Shown: positions 52,695 through 62,892, counted from the stretch's first letter. The stretch: DNA of 64,000 bases from an uncultured Gemmatimonadales bacterium (GCA_963730185.1 CAVSQW010000008.1:352001-416000), one strand, 5' to 3'. The notes: generated by a model not told the origin, from the letters alone. Numbers and translations are program-made.

Positions 52695-54355
52695 TGAACC
52701 GGCGGCGCCCGGGGGTCGAAGCGGCGGGGGTGCTGGTGGGGTTGGCCTTGGCCTGGCTGGTCCTCCTGCCCCTCGCGTTCGTGCTGATCGAGGCCTTCCG
52801 CGGACCGGCGGGGCCGACGATCGAGCCGGTCCTCCGGTTCGTTCACTCGGCCAGCGAGTGGCGGGCCGTGTGGGCGTCGCTGGTGCTCTCCGTCGCCAGC
52901 GTACTCGGCGCCGGGCTCCTAGGGGTGCCGCTGGCGTTCCTGGTGACCCGGGTGCGATTCCCGGGGCGCCGGCTGGCGGGTACGCTGCTGGCGCTGCCGG
53001 CGGTGCTCCCGCCGCTCGTCGGCGTGCTGGCCTTCCTGTTCCTCTACGGCGAGACCGGGTTCGTTCCCCATCTGATCCAGGCCGTGCTGGGCCTGGACCG
53101 GCCGCCCTGGCGGCTCGAAGGCGGCGTCGCGGTGCTGTTCGTCCACATCACCACGATGTACGTCTACTTCTACCTCTTCACCCGGGCCGGGCTCGCCGGC
53201 CTCGACGCCTCGGTGTACGAGGCGGCGGCGTCGCTCGGGGCGGGGCGGTGGCGGACCTTCGGCCGGGTGACGCTGCCGCTCCTGCGTCCCCATCTGGCCG
53301 GGGCGTCGCTCCTGGTGCTGATGACGTCGCTGGCCTCGTTCAGCGCGCCCTATATCTTCGGCGGCACCTTCCGGGTGATGACCACCCAGATCATGGCCAC
53401 CAAGCTCAATGGCGACGACCGCCTGGCGATGGTGGAGACCCTCTCCCTGACCATCCTGGCGCTGATCGGCCTGGTGCTGATCCGGCGGGTCGAGGGCAGC
53501 CGCGACCTCGGCGGTGGAGTGAAGGGCGTGCCTCCCGCTCCCCGGCCACCCCGGAGCCGGTGGGCCCGGGTGGCTTTGCCGGGGCTGGCCTGGGTGGCCG
53601 CTGGGGTGCTGGTGCTGCCCCACCTGGCCCTGCTCCTGGTGTCGCTGGTTCCGGTCGGGACCTGGACGATTCAGGCCCTCCCGCCGACCCTGACCCTGGG
53701 GAACTACGGCACCCTGTTCCGCGACCCGGTGCGTCTGGGGCCGATCCTGACCAGCGGCTGGATGGGCACCGTGGCGACGGTGGCAGCGGTGGTCCTGACG
53801 TTCCTGGTGGGGACGCTGGCGGTCCGGCGGCGGGTGGCGGTCGGCCGGGCGCTCGAAGCGATGACCTCGCTTCCCTGGGCCGTCCCCGGCACGGTGTTCG
53901 CCATCGCCCTCGCCACGGCCTTCAGTGTCAACGCCCCGCTTACCGGGCGGGTGGTCCTGGTCGGGACCCTTTGGATCCTGCCGATCGCCTACCTGGTGCG
54001 GAGCCTGCCGGTTACCGGCCGGGCGATGCTGGCCGGCTTTCGGCAGCTCGATCCCTCGCTCGAGGAAGTGGCGGCGACCCTGGGGGCCGGTCCAGCGCGA
54101 GTGGCGTGGCGGGTTACGCTTCCGCTTCTCCGGCCGGCGATCGTGGCCGGCGCCAGCCTGGCGTTCGTGACGGCGTTCGGTGACTTCGTCACCTCGATCC
54201 TTCTCTACACCTACGATACCCGGCCGATCTCGCTCGAGATCCTGGCCAGCCTCCGGCAGTCCGACGTCGGGGTCGCCGCGGCCTACGGGGTGCTCCTGAT
54301 GGCGATCAGCGCGGTCGTGTTCTTCGTGGCGGGCGAGGGGAGCACGGCGGGATGA
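52691..54355 (+). CDS. ABC transporter permease, fused double domain (FbpB/AfuB-like)
   Basis: Two EAA-type loops ('LDASVYEAAASLGAG', 'LDPSLEEVAATLGAG') and ~12 TM segments. Confidence 0.9.
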   Translation: MMNRRRPGVEAAGVLVGLALAWLVLLPLAFVLIEAFRGPAGPTIEPVLRFVHSASEWRAVWASLVLSVASVLGAGLLGVPLAFLVTRVRFPGRRLAGTLLALPAVLPPLVGVLAFLFLYGETGFVPHLIQAVLGLDRPPWRLEGGVAVLFVHITTMYVYFYLFTRAGLAGLDASVYEAAASLGAGRWRTFGRVTLPLLRPHLAGASLLVLMTSLASFSAPYIFGGTFRVMTTQIMATKLNGDDRLAMVETLSLTILALIGLVLIRRVEGSRDLGGGVKGVPPAPRPPRSRWARVALPGLAWVAAGVLVLPHLALLLVSLVPVGTWTIQALPPTLTLGNYGTLFRDPVRLGPILTSGWMGTVATVAAVVLTFLVGTLAVRRRVAVGRALEAMTSLPWAVPGTVFAIALATAFSVNAPLTGRVVLVGTLWILPIAYLVRSLPVTGRAMLAGFRQLDPSLEEVAATLGAGPARVAWRVTLPLLRPAIVAGASLAFVTAFGDFVTSILLYTYDTRPISLEILASLRQSDVGVAAAYGVLLMAISAVVFFVAGEGSTAG

Positions 54356-55566
54356 CGCCTCCGGCGCCGACCCGGCGTGAGATGCTCAAGCAGCTCTCGG
54401 TGCTGATCGCGACGGCGGCGATCGACATGATCGGCTTCGCGATGGTGCTGCCGCTTCTGCCGTTCTACGCCCTCCGGCTCCAGGCCTCGCCCGAGACGAT
54501 CGGGCTGCTGATCGCCTCCTACTCGGTGGCCCAGCTCGCCACGGCGCCGCTGTGGGGGCGGGTCTCCGATCGATACGGCCGGCGGCCGGCCCTCCTGGCC
54601 GGGCTGATCGGCTCGGCGATCGCGTACGTGGTCTTCGCCTTCGCCGGCTCGGTCTGGCTCCTCTTCGCCTCCCGGATCATTCAGGGCGCGGGGGGCGGCA
54701 CCACCGGCGTCGCCCAGGCCTACGTGGCCGACACGGTCGGGCCCCGCGATCGGGCCCAGGCGCTCGGCTGGCTGAGCGCGGCCACCTCGCTCGGCGTGAT
54801 GCTCGGCCCGGTGGTGGGATCGCTGGCCCACGGGCTCGGCGCCGCGGCCCCGGGGCTGATCGCCGCGGTGCTCTGTCTCGTCAACATCGGCTTCGCCTGG
54901 AGATGGCTCCCCGAGTCGAGGAAGCGCACCGAGGGCGGCCAGCCGAGGACCGCGATCTGGACGGCGATCTCGCGGGTGGTCAGCCGGCCCGGCACTCCCG
55001 TGCCCCGGCTGATCTGGATCTACGCGGCCGGGATGCTCGGCTTCACCGCCATGACCGCCGTCCTGGCGCTCTTCCTCGACCAGCGATTCGGGATCACCGA
55101 GGGGACGATCGGGTACTTCTTCTTCTACGTCGGCTTGCTCTCGTTCGTGATGCGCTCGGTGCTGCTCGGGCCGATCGTGCGGCGGATCGGGGAACGGGGC
55201 GCGATGCGCGCCGGCACGGTCCTGCTGGGGCTCGGCCTTGCCGCGTATCCCTTGGCGCCAAACCTGTGGGTCCTGGCCCTGATCATTCCGCTCGTGCCGA
55301 TCGGGACGGCCTTGCTCTTCCCGTCGACCACGGCGTTGATCTCCCACAACACCAAGACGGCCGACCTGGGGACGACGATGGGTGTGGCCCAAACCTTCGC
55401 GGGCATGGCCCGGGTCGCGTCGCCGCTGATCGCCACCTCGGCCTTCCAGCGATTCGGCGAAGGGATGCCGTTCTATGTGGCGGCCGGGATCGTGGCGGGC
55501 GTTGGGGTGCTGGCCTTCCGGTTGCCGGCTCCTCCGGGCGTCCCGGTGGAGGACCCGGGGGGTTAG
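54352..55566 (+). CDS. MFS transporter (TCR/Tet-like)
   Basis: Motif A 'GRVSDRYGRR', 'AQAYVADT', ~12 TM segments. Confidence 0.9.
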   Translation: MTPPAPTRREMLKQLSVLIATAAIDMIGFAMVLPLLPFYALRLQASPETIGLLIASYSVAQLATAPLWGRVSDRYGRRPALLAGLIGSAIAYVVFAFAGSVWLLFASRIIQGAGGGTTGVAQAYVADTVGPRDRAQALGWLSAATSLGVMLGPVVGSLAHGLGAAAPGLIAAVLCLVNIGFAWRWLPESRKRTEGGQPRTAIWTAISRVVSRPGTPVPRLIWIYAAGMLGFTAMTAVLALFLDQRFGITEGTIGYFFFYVGLLSFVMRSVLLGPIVRRIGERGAMRAGTVLLGLGLAAYPLAPNLWVLALIIPLVPIGTALLFPSTTALISHNTKTADLGTTMGVAQTFAGMARVASPLIATSAFQRFGEGMPFYVAAGIVAGVGVLAFRLPAPPGVPVEDPGG

Positions 55567-55576
55567 CTTCCGGACC

Positions 55577-57271
55577 ATGTTTCCGACCAATCCGGCCGAG
55601 ATCGCCGGTGCCACCTGGGCCGACCTCGAGCCGTGCTACGCGGAGCTCGAGCAGGCACCGCTCTCCGTCGAAACCGCCGAGGCCTGGCTGGGCCAGTGGT
55701 CGGCGTTCGAGGCGATCCTGACCGAGGCGATCTCCCGCGCGATGATCGCCTATACCTGCGACACCGCCGACCCCGAAAAGGAAGCCGCGCACCGGCGCTT
55801 CGCCATCGAGATCGCCCCGAAGGCCGAAGAACGGAGCGTGCGGTTGGCCCGCCGCTTCGCGGAGCTGGGCTATCAGCGTCCCGGGCTCGAGCAGATGTCG
55901 GCCCGCTTCCGCCGCGCGATCGAGATCTTCCGTGAGGAGAACGTGCCGCTCCTCGCCGAGCTCGAAGAGACCGCCACGACCTACCAGCGGATCACCGGTG
56001 GGATGCTGGCCGACTGGGAAGGGGAGAAGCGGCCGCTCCCGCAGCTCGCCCCGTTTCTCCAGAGCCACGACCGCGAGGTGCGGGAGCGCGCGTTCCGGGC
56101 CACGACCGCGCCCTACGTCACGGCCCGGGACGAGCTGGCCGCGCTCTTCGACCGGCAGATGGCGCTCCGCCAGCGGGTCGCGGCCGGAGCCGGGTTCACC
56201 TCGTTTCAGGACTACGCCTTCGCCGCCAAGTTCAGGTTCGACTACACCCCGGCCGACTGCGCCCGCTTTCACGACGCGGTGGCCCAGACGGCGGTCCCCG
56301 CCGTCGAGCGCCTCCATCGGTTCCGCGCTGAGCGGCTCGGCCTGGCGGCCGTGCGGCCCTGGGACCTCCCGGTGACGCTCTATCGCGACGAGGCGATCCG
56401 GCCCTTCGCGAACGGCGAGGAGCTCGCCACCAAGGCGCTGCGGCTCTTCCAGCAGCTCGATCCGGTGCTCGCGGACGAGTTCGAGATCATGATCGACGAG
56501 CGGCTGCTCGACCTCGACAGCCGGAAGAACAAGGCGCCTGGGGGCTACTGCGACACGCTCCACTTCAGCGGCCGGCCGTTCATCTTCATGAACGCGTCGG
56601 GGGTGTTGGACGACGTGATGACTCTCCTGCACGAGGCGGGGCACTCGTTCCATTCCTTCGCGGCCCATCGGCAGCCTCTGATCTGGCAGCGGCACCCGAC
56701 CGCGGAGGCGGCGGAGCTGGCCTCGATGTCGATGGAGCTCCTGGCCTCGCCGCTGCTGGCCGCGCCGGGGGCGTTCCTCACCGACCGCGATGCCACCATC
56801 GCCCGGTTGGAACACCTGGAAGACGTCCTGGTCACCCTCTGCCACGTGGCCGCGATCGACGCATTCCAGACCTGGATCTACACCCGCGGCGAAGGCGCCG
56901 ACGCCGCGGGTCGCGACCAGGCCTGGCTCGCCATCCGGAGCCGGTTCGAGCCCTCCGTCGACTGGGACGGGCTCACCGACCAGCGGATCGCCCGATGGTA
57001 CCGTCAGCTCCACGTCTTTCTGTACCCGTTCTACTACATCGAGTACGGCATCGCCCAACTGGGCGCGCTCGAGGTGTGGCTCAACCACCGCCGGGATCCG
57101 GAGGGGGCCCTCGCGGCGTATCGGCGGTTCCTGAGTCTGGGCGCGACCCAGGGGCTTCCAGAGCTCTATCGGGCCGCCGGCAGCAGGCTGGTGTTCGACC
57201 GGGACCGGATCGGCGCCCTGGTGGCCGAGGTGGAGGCCGAGGTCGGGCAGCTCCGCGGGGCGCTCGCCTAG
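55577..57271 (+). CDS. M3-family oligoendopeptidase
   Basis: '[10 protein letters not shown]', zinc motif 'HEAGH', 'AELASMSME', '[14 protein letters not shown]'. Confidence 0.92.
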   Translation: MFPTNPAEIAGATWADLEPCYAELEQAPLSVETAEAWLGQWSAFEAILTEAISRAMIAYTCDTADPEKEAAHRRFAIEIAPKAEERSVRLARRFAELGYQRPGLEQMSARFRRAIEIFREENVPLLAELEETATTYQRITGGMLADWEGEKRPLPQLAPFLQSHDREVRERAFRATTAPYVTARDELAALFDRQMALRQRVAAGAGFTSFQDYAFAAKFRFDYTPADCARFHDAVAQTAVPAVERLHRFRAERLGLAAVRPWDLPVTLYRDEAIRPFANGEELATKALRLFQQLDPVLADEFEIMIDERLLDLDSRKNKAPGGYCDTLHFSGRPFIFMNASGVLDDVMTLLHEAGHSFHSFAAHRQPLIWQRHPTAEAAELASMSMELLASPLLAAPGAFLTDRDATIARLEHLEDVLVTLCHVAAIDAFQTWIYTRGEGADAAGRDQAWLAIRSRFEPSVDWDGLTDQRIARWYRQLHVFLYPFYYIEYGIAQLGALEVWLNHRRDPEGALAAYRRFLSLGATQGLPELYRAAGSRLVFDRDRIGALVAEVEAEVGQLRGALA

Positions 57272-57350
57272 CCGTTGCGGTGGGGCGGACCCGGCGCGAC
57301 ATTACCACGCTGGATCATTTCCAGCGGGAACCACGATTCGAGGACAGCGG

Positions 57351-57569
57351 ATGGCGAAAGAAGAAGGCATCGAGATGGAAGGCGTCGTGCAGGAGGTTCT
57401 GCCCGACCGGAACTACCGGGTCCTGCTGGACAACGGGCACACCATCCTGGCGTACGCTGCCGGAAAGATGAGCAAGTTCAAGATCAGGGTCCTGGAGGGC
57501 GACCGCGTGAGCGTGGTGCTCTCACCCTACGATCTGACCCGCGGCCGGGTGATCTACCGCCACAAGTAG
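57351..57569 (+). CDS. infA: Translation initiation factor IF-1
   Basis: '[18 protein letters not shown]...[13 protein letters not shown]'. Confidence 0.97.
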   Translation: MAKEEGIEMEGVVQEVLPDRNYRVLLDNGHTILAYAAGKMSKFKIRVLEGDRVSVVLSPYDLTRGRVIYRHK

Positions 57570-57585
57570 TGGTCCCGAAATGCAG

Positions 57586-57621
57586 GAACGCCGGGCCGCT
57601 CCGTCGAGCGACCCGGCGTTC
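57586..57621. terminator. Hairpin between the convergent infA and cold-shock genes
   Basis: GAACGCCGGG...CCCGGCGTTC 10-bp stem extended by CGCTC/GAGCG. Confidence 0.65.
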
Positions 57622-57645
57622 GTGCGTCATCCGGCAGGCGCGATC

Positions 57646-57861
57646 TCAGCTCGCGGCCTTCGTGACGTTCTCGGCTGCGGGGCCCTTGGCACCCATCACC
57701 ATGTCAAACTCGACGCGCTCCCCCTCGGAGAGGCTGCGGAACCCGTCCATCTTGATGGCCGAGTGGTGAACGAAGCAGTCCTTGTCGCCGTTCTCCGGGG
57801 TGATGAAGCCGAACCCCTTCGCGTCGTTGAACCACTTCACGGTGCCGGTCATTCGAGCCAT
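57646..57861 (-). CDS. Cold-shock protein (CspA family)
   Basis: '[15 protein letters not shown]' (RNP1) and 'FVHHSAI' (RNP2); AGGAG RBS before ATG 57861. Confidence 0.96.
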   Translation of the reverse strand: MARMTGTVKWFNDAKGFGFITPENGDKDCFVHHSAIKMDGFRSLSEGERVEFDMVMGAKGPAAENVTKAAS

Positions 57862-58081
57862 TACGCCAAACTCCTGTTTGTGAACACTTGGCTGGACATG
57901 TCGCCATGTCCGAGCCCCCCCAAGGATACGCGAGCCCATCTCGCGCCCGGAAAGCACCAGCGACCCGTGGCGACTAACCGCGGGTCAGTCGAATCGTGGC
58001 CTGAGCCTAATGATTAAGTCGGGAAACACGGAAAGCCCCACAAATCAAGCGTCGCTAAGATGACAATGAAGTGGGGACCTG

Positions 58082-59881
58082 TCAAGATCTCTGTCGGCGG
58101 GAATCCGACGACGATACTCGGAGATCTGCAGGACGAAACCACGATCGCACCAGGTCGCCCGTCCGTCTGAGCCAGGTGGTGCGCCATGCCGTTCGACCGT
58201 CGCGCCGGAGGGCCCGATTGAGCGCGCTGAGGAATTCACTGGCGGTCGGATAGCGCGCGCTGGGGTCGGAGCGGAGCGCGCTCCGGAGCACCTTCTCGAG
58301 CTCGGGGCCTACGGCTTCGCGGTCCTGCAGGCTGGGGAGGGTCTCGGTCGTCTGGCGTGCCAGGATGGCTTCGGGGGTGGCCCCGGTGAAGGGAGGAACC
58401 CCGAGCAGACAGAAGTACGCCACGGCCGCGAGACTGTAGAGATCCGAACGGCCGTCGACCTTTTCGCCCGAGAGCTGCTCGGGACTCGCGAATTGGGGGG
58501 TGCCGCTCCGGCTGGTGGCGCCCGCGAATCGCCCCTGGCCCGCCAGCGCCATGGCCAGGCCGAAGTCGGTGATCCGGAGACTGCCGCCCCGGGCGATCAA
58601 GAGGTTCTCCGGCTTGATGTCGCGGTGGACCAGGCCGAGTGCGTGCGCGTGGGTCAGCGCCCCGAGCGCTTCGCGGAGCAGCCGGACCACGCGGTCGAAG
58701 GCCAGCGGCCCTTCCTTCTCGATCAGCTGGGCCAGGTTGGGGCCCTCCACCAGCTCCATCGTGTACCAGGCCAGCCCGGCCCGGCCGCCGATCTCGTAGA
58801 TGTCGACGATGTTCGGATGATTCATCCGGGCGGCCAGCTGCGCCTCGCGTCGGAAGCGTTCGAGTCCCTCCGGCTCCTCGGTCAGACTGGGGTGGAGGAC
58901 CTTGAGCGCGACCATCCGCTCCAGCGCCAGGTCCCGGACCCGGTACACCCGACCGAAGCCGCCCGAGCCCAGCTCGGCCAGCAGCTCGTAGTCGTCGCCC
59001 AGCGCCCGCCGGAGCCGCTTTTCCCAGGTTCGGCCGTCGGTGCTCAGGTCGGGGGTGGCGTCCAGCGTGGAGAGCGTGGTGTAGGCGCCGGCGTCCGAGG
59101 CGAAGTCCTCGAGCATCTCCGACGCGGTGAGGTAGCGTTCGCTCGGGATCGGCCGGAGGGCTCGAAGGATGACCCGTTCCAGGGCTCTCGGGCAGGCCGC
59201 CCGAATCTGGCTGGGCGGGACGATCGCCTCGGGCGAGGGGTTCGGCTCGGTGCCGGTGATGGCGTAGTAGAGCACCGCGCCGGAGGCGTAGACGTCGCTG
59301 CTCGAGTCGCCCAGGGAGCCGTCACGGACCTCGGGGGCCATGAACTCGATGTCGGTCGGGCGCTCTTCCGGCGGGACGTGCGGCACGGTGTAGCTGCAGA
59401 ACCGGAGGTCGGTGATGGTCCCCCGTCCGGTGCCACTCACCAGGAGCGAGGTCGGGGCCACCCGTCGCACCACGATGCCGTGGGCGTGGGCATGCTCGAG
59501 GCCGCGGAGGAGGTCACGGGCCAGGACGTGGACCTGGGGAATGGGGCGGGGGCCCCGCGCCATCGCGGCGTTCAGCCCCTCGCCCTCGATCCAGTTGCCG
59601 ACCCGGAAGGCCATCTCGTCGATCACCCCGGCATCGTAGAGGCGACGGATGGCCGGGTGGTCGAGCTGTGCCAGGGCTTCGGCTTCGCGGAGGAACCAGC
59701 TCCGGAGGGCGTCGCTCGAGTAGAAGTTGACTCGGAGGCTTACCCGTCGGTTCAGGAGCCGATCCCGCCCGACGAACAGCACGCGCTCCGCCGAGGCGGC
59801 CACCAGCCGCTCGAAGCGAAAGCGCTGCCCGAGTCGCCGTTCGGCTTCTCGAAACAGGACCGTCGGATCTGGAAGGGTCAC
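58082..59881 (-). CDS. Tandem Hanks-type protein: N-terminal pseudokinase plus C-terminal active Ser/Thr kinase
   Basis: Domain 2 has GSGGFG, VALK, HRDIKPEN, DFG and GTPQFASPE. Domain 1 keeps the fold landmarks (REAEALAQLDHP, FMAPE, SDVYASG) but lacks the catalytic motifs. Confidence 0.9.
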   Translation of the reverse strand: MTLPDPTVLFREAERRLGQRFRFERLVAASAERVLFVGRDRLLNRRVSLRVNFYSSDALRSWFLREAEALAQLDHPAIRRLYDAGVIDEMAFRVGNWIEGEGLNAAMARGPRPIPQVHVLARDLLRGLEHAHAHGIVVRRVAPTSLLVSGTGRGTITDLRFCSYTVPHVPPEERPTDIEFMAPEVRDGSLGDSSSDVYASGAVLYYAITGTEPNPSPEAIVPPSQIRAACPRALERVILRALRPIPSERYLTASEMLEDFASDAGAYTTLSTLDATPDLSTDGRTWEKRLRRALGDDYELLAELGSGGFGRVYRVRDLALERMVALKVLHPSLTEEPEGLERFRREAQLAARMNHPNIVDIYEIGGRAGLAWYTMELVEGPNLAQLIEKEGPLAFDRVVRLLREALGALTHAHALGLVHRDIKPENLLIARGGSLRITDFGLAMALAGQGRFAGATSRSGTPQFASPEQLSGEKVDGRSDLYSLAAVAYFCLLGVPPFTGATPEAILARQTTETLPSLQDREAVGPELEKVLRSALRSDPSARYPTASEFLSALNRALRRDGRTAWRTTWLRRTGDLVRSWFRPADLRVSSSDSRRQRS

Positions 59882-61221
59882 ATTTCGTCGGCGGCGACCA
59901 CCGCGTTGCCTCCCTGACGCTTCGCAGCATACAGGGCCGCGTCCGCCGCCGCCAGCACCGCGGCCGGCGTCAGGCCGTCTCGGGGGGCCTCGGCCATTCC
60001 CAGGCTCACCGAAGCGTGACTGAACTCGGGATAGTCGGCCCCGAGGTCTTCGAACGCCGAGCGGACCCGCTGCACGAAACCCATGGCCTCACGCGGGTTG
60101 GTCATCGGCAGCACGACTAGGAACTCGTCGCCGCCCAGCCGGCCCACCACGTCCAGCGTGCGAACGTGGCGGCGCAGCAGCTGGCTCACCAGGACCAGGT
60201 AGCGATCGCCGGCGGCGTGTCCGAGGGTATCGTTGATCGTCTTGAACCGGTCCAGATCGAGCAGGACCACCGTGGTCCGGATCTGATGGCGGACGCTCCG
60301 CGAGATCTCGGCCTCGAGCCGCTCCTCGAGCGCGCGCCGATTGAAGAGGCCGGTGAGCTGGTCGGTCGTGGCCGCGTTCTGCAGCCGCTCCACCAGCTCG
60401 GCGTTCTTGAGGGCGATGGCGCCGGCGAAGGCCAGGGTCGATGCCAGATCGCGCTCCGCCCGCCCGTAGGCCAACCCGTTCAGCCGGGCGCCGAGGAGGA
60501 GCACGGCCACTCGCTCGCCGCCGGAGTCGAGCGGGATCATCAGCTCGGTGCCGTTGGGGAGGAGCGGAGCCAGGCCCACCTCGCGCGGATCGGCGATCCC
60601 GGAGCCCAGCGGCACCACCGTCTCGAGGTCCTCGCGCCCGATGCTCTCGGGCACCCGGTCACGGTCCAGGGACCGAACCGAGCGGGGCACGAATGCCGCG
60701 CCGCTGGGCCGATAGAGACAGGCCCACCACGAGAAGAACACTTCGGCCATGAAATCCAGGACCAGGTGCTCGGTCTCGTCGGTGGAATGGGCCGACGAGA
60801 GGAGCCGGGCCACCTGGCGGAGTGCCCGAAGCTGGAAGACCGCGTCGTCGAGCGCCAGCTGCCGGTCCAGGAGGACCGACCGGAGATCGAGCACCAGCGA
60901 GAGGCCGAAGGCGAGCGGCATGGCGAAGGCCTGGACCGCCTGAGCGTCCTCCAGGCCGACACTGATCACCAGCTCGGTGGTCCCGGACAGCCACCGGGCC
61001 ACCTCCACCGGCGTGACCCCCTCTCCGTCCGGCCCGAAGACCCGCGGCTCGGCCGCGGCCGTCCGGATGGTGAGCCAGACCCGGTCGGTTTCGAGCCGGT
61101 CCACCAATTCCCGACGGCAGCGCTCGAGGAGCTCGGGCTCGCTGCGGGAGACGCGGCAAGCCTGAGCGAAGGCGCTGGGGAGCCCGGAGACCGGGGAAAT
61201 CGCGGGTTGTTCGGTTGCCAT
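59878..61221 (-). CDS. Diguanylate cyclase with N-terminal GAF-like sensor region
   Basis: 'TDQLTGLFNRR', 'DLDRFKTINDTLGHAAGD', I-site 'RTLD' five residues before 'GGDEF', 'ADAALYAAK'. The preceding 'IPLDSGGERVAVLLLG...YGRAERDLASTLA' is GAF-like. Confidence 0.92.
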   Translation of the reverse strand: MATEQPAISPVSGLPSAFAQACRVSRSEPELLERCRRELVDRLETDRVWLTIRTAAAEPRVFGPDGEGVTPVEVARWLSGTTELVISVGLEDAQAVQAFAMPLAFGLSLVLDLRSVLLDRQLALDDAVFQLRALRQVARLLSSAHSTDETEHLVLDFMAEVFFSWWACLYRPSGAAFVPRSVRSLDRDRVPESIGREDLETVVPLGSGIADPREVGLAPLLPNGTELMIPLDSGGERVAVLLLGARLNGLAYGRAERDLASTLAFAGAIALKNAELVERLQNAATTDQLTGLFNRRALEERLEAEISRSVRHQIRTTVVLLDLDRFKTINDTLGHAAGDRYLVLVSQLLRRHVRTLDVVGRLGGDEFLVVLPMTNPREAMGFVQRVRSAFEDLGADYPEFSHASVSLGMAEAPRDGLTPAAVLAAADAALYAAKRQGGNAVVAADEM

Positions 61222-61366
61222 GCCCAATAATAGGTGAACGGGCACCCTGCGGGGAACCACCGCAAGTCGCTTGATGACTTAAGGTTTCGGCTCCTCGCAC
61301 CGATACTGGACCCCTGGAAAGGCAGGGACCATGCCAACGGACTCCAGGGTCATGAGGGGGCGTTAG

Positions 61367-62281
61367 ATGCTCGCGGTCAAGCTGGTCGCCACCGGGCTCG
61401 CCTCGTTCGCGGGCGCTGCCGTCATCGGGGTAATGGCGGTGGCCGGGAACGAGGTCAAGCGTAGCGGGGAAAGCATCATCGAGCTGGAGACGGCGGTCGA
61501 CAGCCTCCGGTTCGCGGCGGCCCGGGCCATGCCCGGCACGGGGTACTCCGCCGGGCGGCCCAACGTGGCGACCGATTTCAATCCCGATATCGAGCGGCCC
61601 ACCACGGATCCCTCGAGCTTCGTCGATCCCCTCGCGAGCGTGATCGGGGCAGTCAAGCTGGGGAAGAACGTCTACGTGGCACCCTTCGCCTCGGTCCGGG
61701 GCGACGAGGGCCAGCCGATCTACGTCGGCGACGACTCCAGCCTGCAGGACGGGGTGGTGGTCCACGCCCTCGAGACCACGCAGGAAGGAAAGCCGCTGGC
61801 CGGTCGGACCTACGAGGTGGGTGGCCGGAACTACGCGGTCTACATCGGGAAGCGAGTCTCGATCGCGCACCAGGCGCTGGTGCATGGTCCGGCCCGGATC
61901 GATGACAACGTGTTCGTCGGCATGCAGGCGATGGTCTTCAAGGCGGTCGTCGGCGAGGGCGTGGTGCTCGAGCCCGGCGCCAAGGTGATTGGGGTGACCA
62001 TTCCGCCCCACCGGTACGTGGCTGCCGGTGTGGTGGTGACCGACCAGAAGGTGGCCGACCAGCTGCCGAAGATCGATGACGCCTATCCCTACCGCGCCCT
62101 CAACGACGCGGTGGTCCACGTCAACACCAGCTTTGCCGAAGGCTATCGGAGCGAGGCGGAGGCCAGGAAGGAGGCGTTGGAGGCGCTGAGGTCACGGAAG
62201 GCTGAGAGCGACGGGGCCAAGGCCACCGGCCACCCGGCCCCCCAGGCGGCCGCCAGCCACGGCGAGCCCAAGGAGCACTAG
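61367..62281 (+). CDS. Gamma-class carbonic anhydrase, Cam-like, with N-terminal hydrophobic leader
   Basis: Hexapeptide beta-helix; 'RGDEG', 'QDG', 'HALET', 'HQALVH', 'VVHVNTSFAEGY'. Confidence 0.9.
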   Translation: MLAVKLVATGLASFAGAAVIGVMAVAGNEVKRSGESIIELETAVDSLRFAAARAMPGTGYSAGRPNVATDFNPDIERPTTDPSSFVDPLASVIGAVKLGKNVYVAPFASVRGDEGQPIYVGDDSSLQDGVVVHALETTQEGKPLAGRTYEVGGRNYAVYIGKRVSIAHQALVHGPARIDDNVFVGMQAMVFKAVVGEGVVLEPGAKVIGVTIPPHRYVAAGVVVTDQKVADQLPKIDDAYPYRALNDAVVHVNTSFAEGYRSEAEARKEALEALRSRKAESDGAKATGHPAPQAAASHGEPKEH

Positions 62282-62892
62282 AGGCCGCGACCGGGGAGCC
62301 GGCTCTCCAGATCCTCGGTAAGCCGGGTCAGCGCCTGACACATTTCCGCTCGCCGCCAGGCGGCGTGGCCCTCGAGGGTGTCGAGCAGGGTCCGGTGCCA
62401 CCAGCGGACGTCGTCCGAGTGCGGCAACCCCGCCACCTCCAGGTACTCCACGCCGAGACGGCGGATCGACACCAGGGCCGAGCCCAGCTGGTGCATCTCG
62501 TGCGCGACCACGACATCCACCGAGCGGGGCGCCGCGCCGGCCAAGCGGGCCATGTACTCGAACCGGCACGCCTTCCACGTCCGCTCCCGCCCCAGGACGT
62601 CGAAGCGGGGTTCCATCGCCTCCCGGACCGCCGCCGCCACCTGACTGCCGAACTTCCGCTCGAGGTGCTGGGTCAGACTCTCCTGGCGCTCGTGCGGGCA
62701 GGCGTCGACCAACTGCTTCAGGATGGCCGCGACGATGGTGGGCTCGTCGGCGTCGTACCGGGCCAGGATCACGGCCACGCTCGAGGCCCGGATCAGGCAC
62801 GAGTGATCGTCGTACCGCGAGACCGGCTCGGGGTAGTGCTTGGCGGTAAACGCCAGGGCATGGTGAATTCGGTCCGAGTAGCCGTGCAGCAT
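62278..62892 (-). CDS. HD-domain-like (RelA/SpoT hydrolase/Mesh1-like) protein with degenerate active site
   Basis: 'YSDRIHHALAFTAKH', 'VAVILARY...IVAAILKQLVD' (at the LHDxxED position), 'KFGSQVAAAV', 'TWKACRFEY'; TGATG-coupled to queE. Confidence 0.7.
   Translation of the reverse strand: MLHGYSDRIHHALAFTAKHYPEPVSRYDDHSCLIRASSVAVILARYDADEPTIVAAILKQLVDACPHERQESLTQHLERKFGSQVAAAVREAMEPRFDVLGRERTWKACRFEYMARLAGAAPRSVDVVVAHEMHQLGSALVSIRRLGVEYLEVAGLPHSDDVRWWHRTLLDTLEGHAAWRRAEMCQALTRLTEDLESRLPGRGL

Noticed and set aside
57862..58081. cspA-type thermosensor 5' UTR (hairpin GGACATG-tcgc-CATGTCC near 57895-57912)
   Set aside because: A structured leader is plausible, but I cannot match it to a known family or place the transcription start.
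61367..62281. Carboxysome CcmM
   Set aside because: No RbcS-like repeats and no shell or RuBisCO genes nearby.
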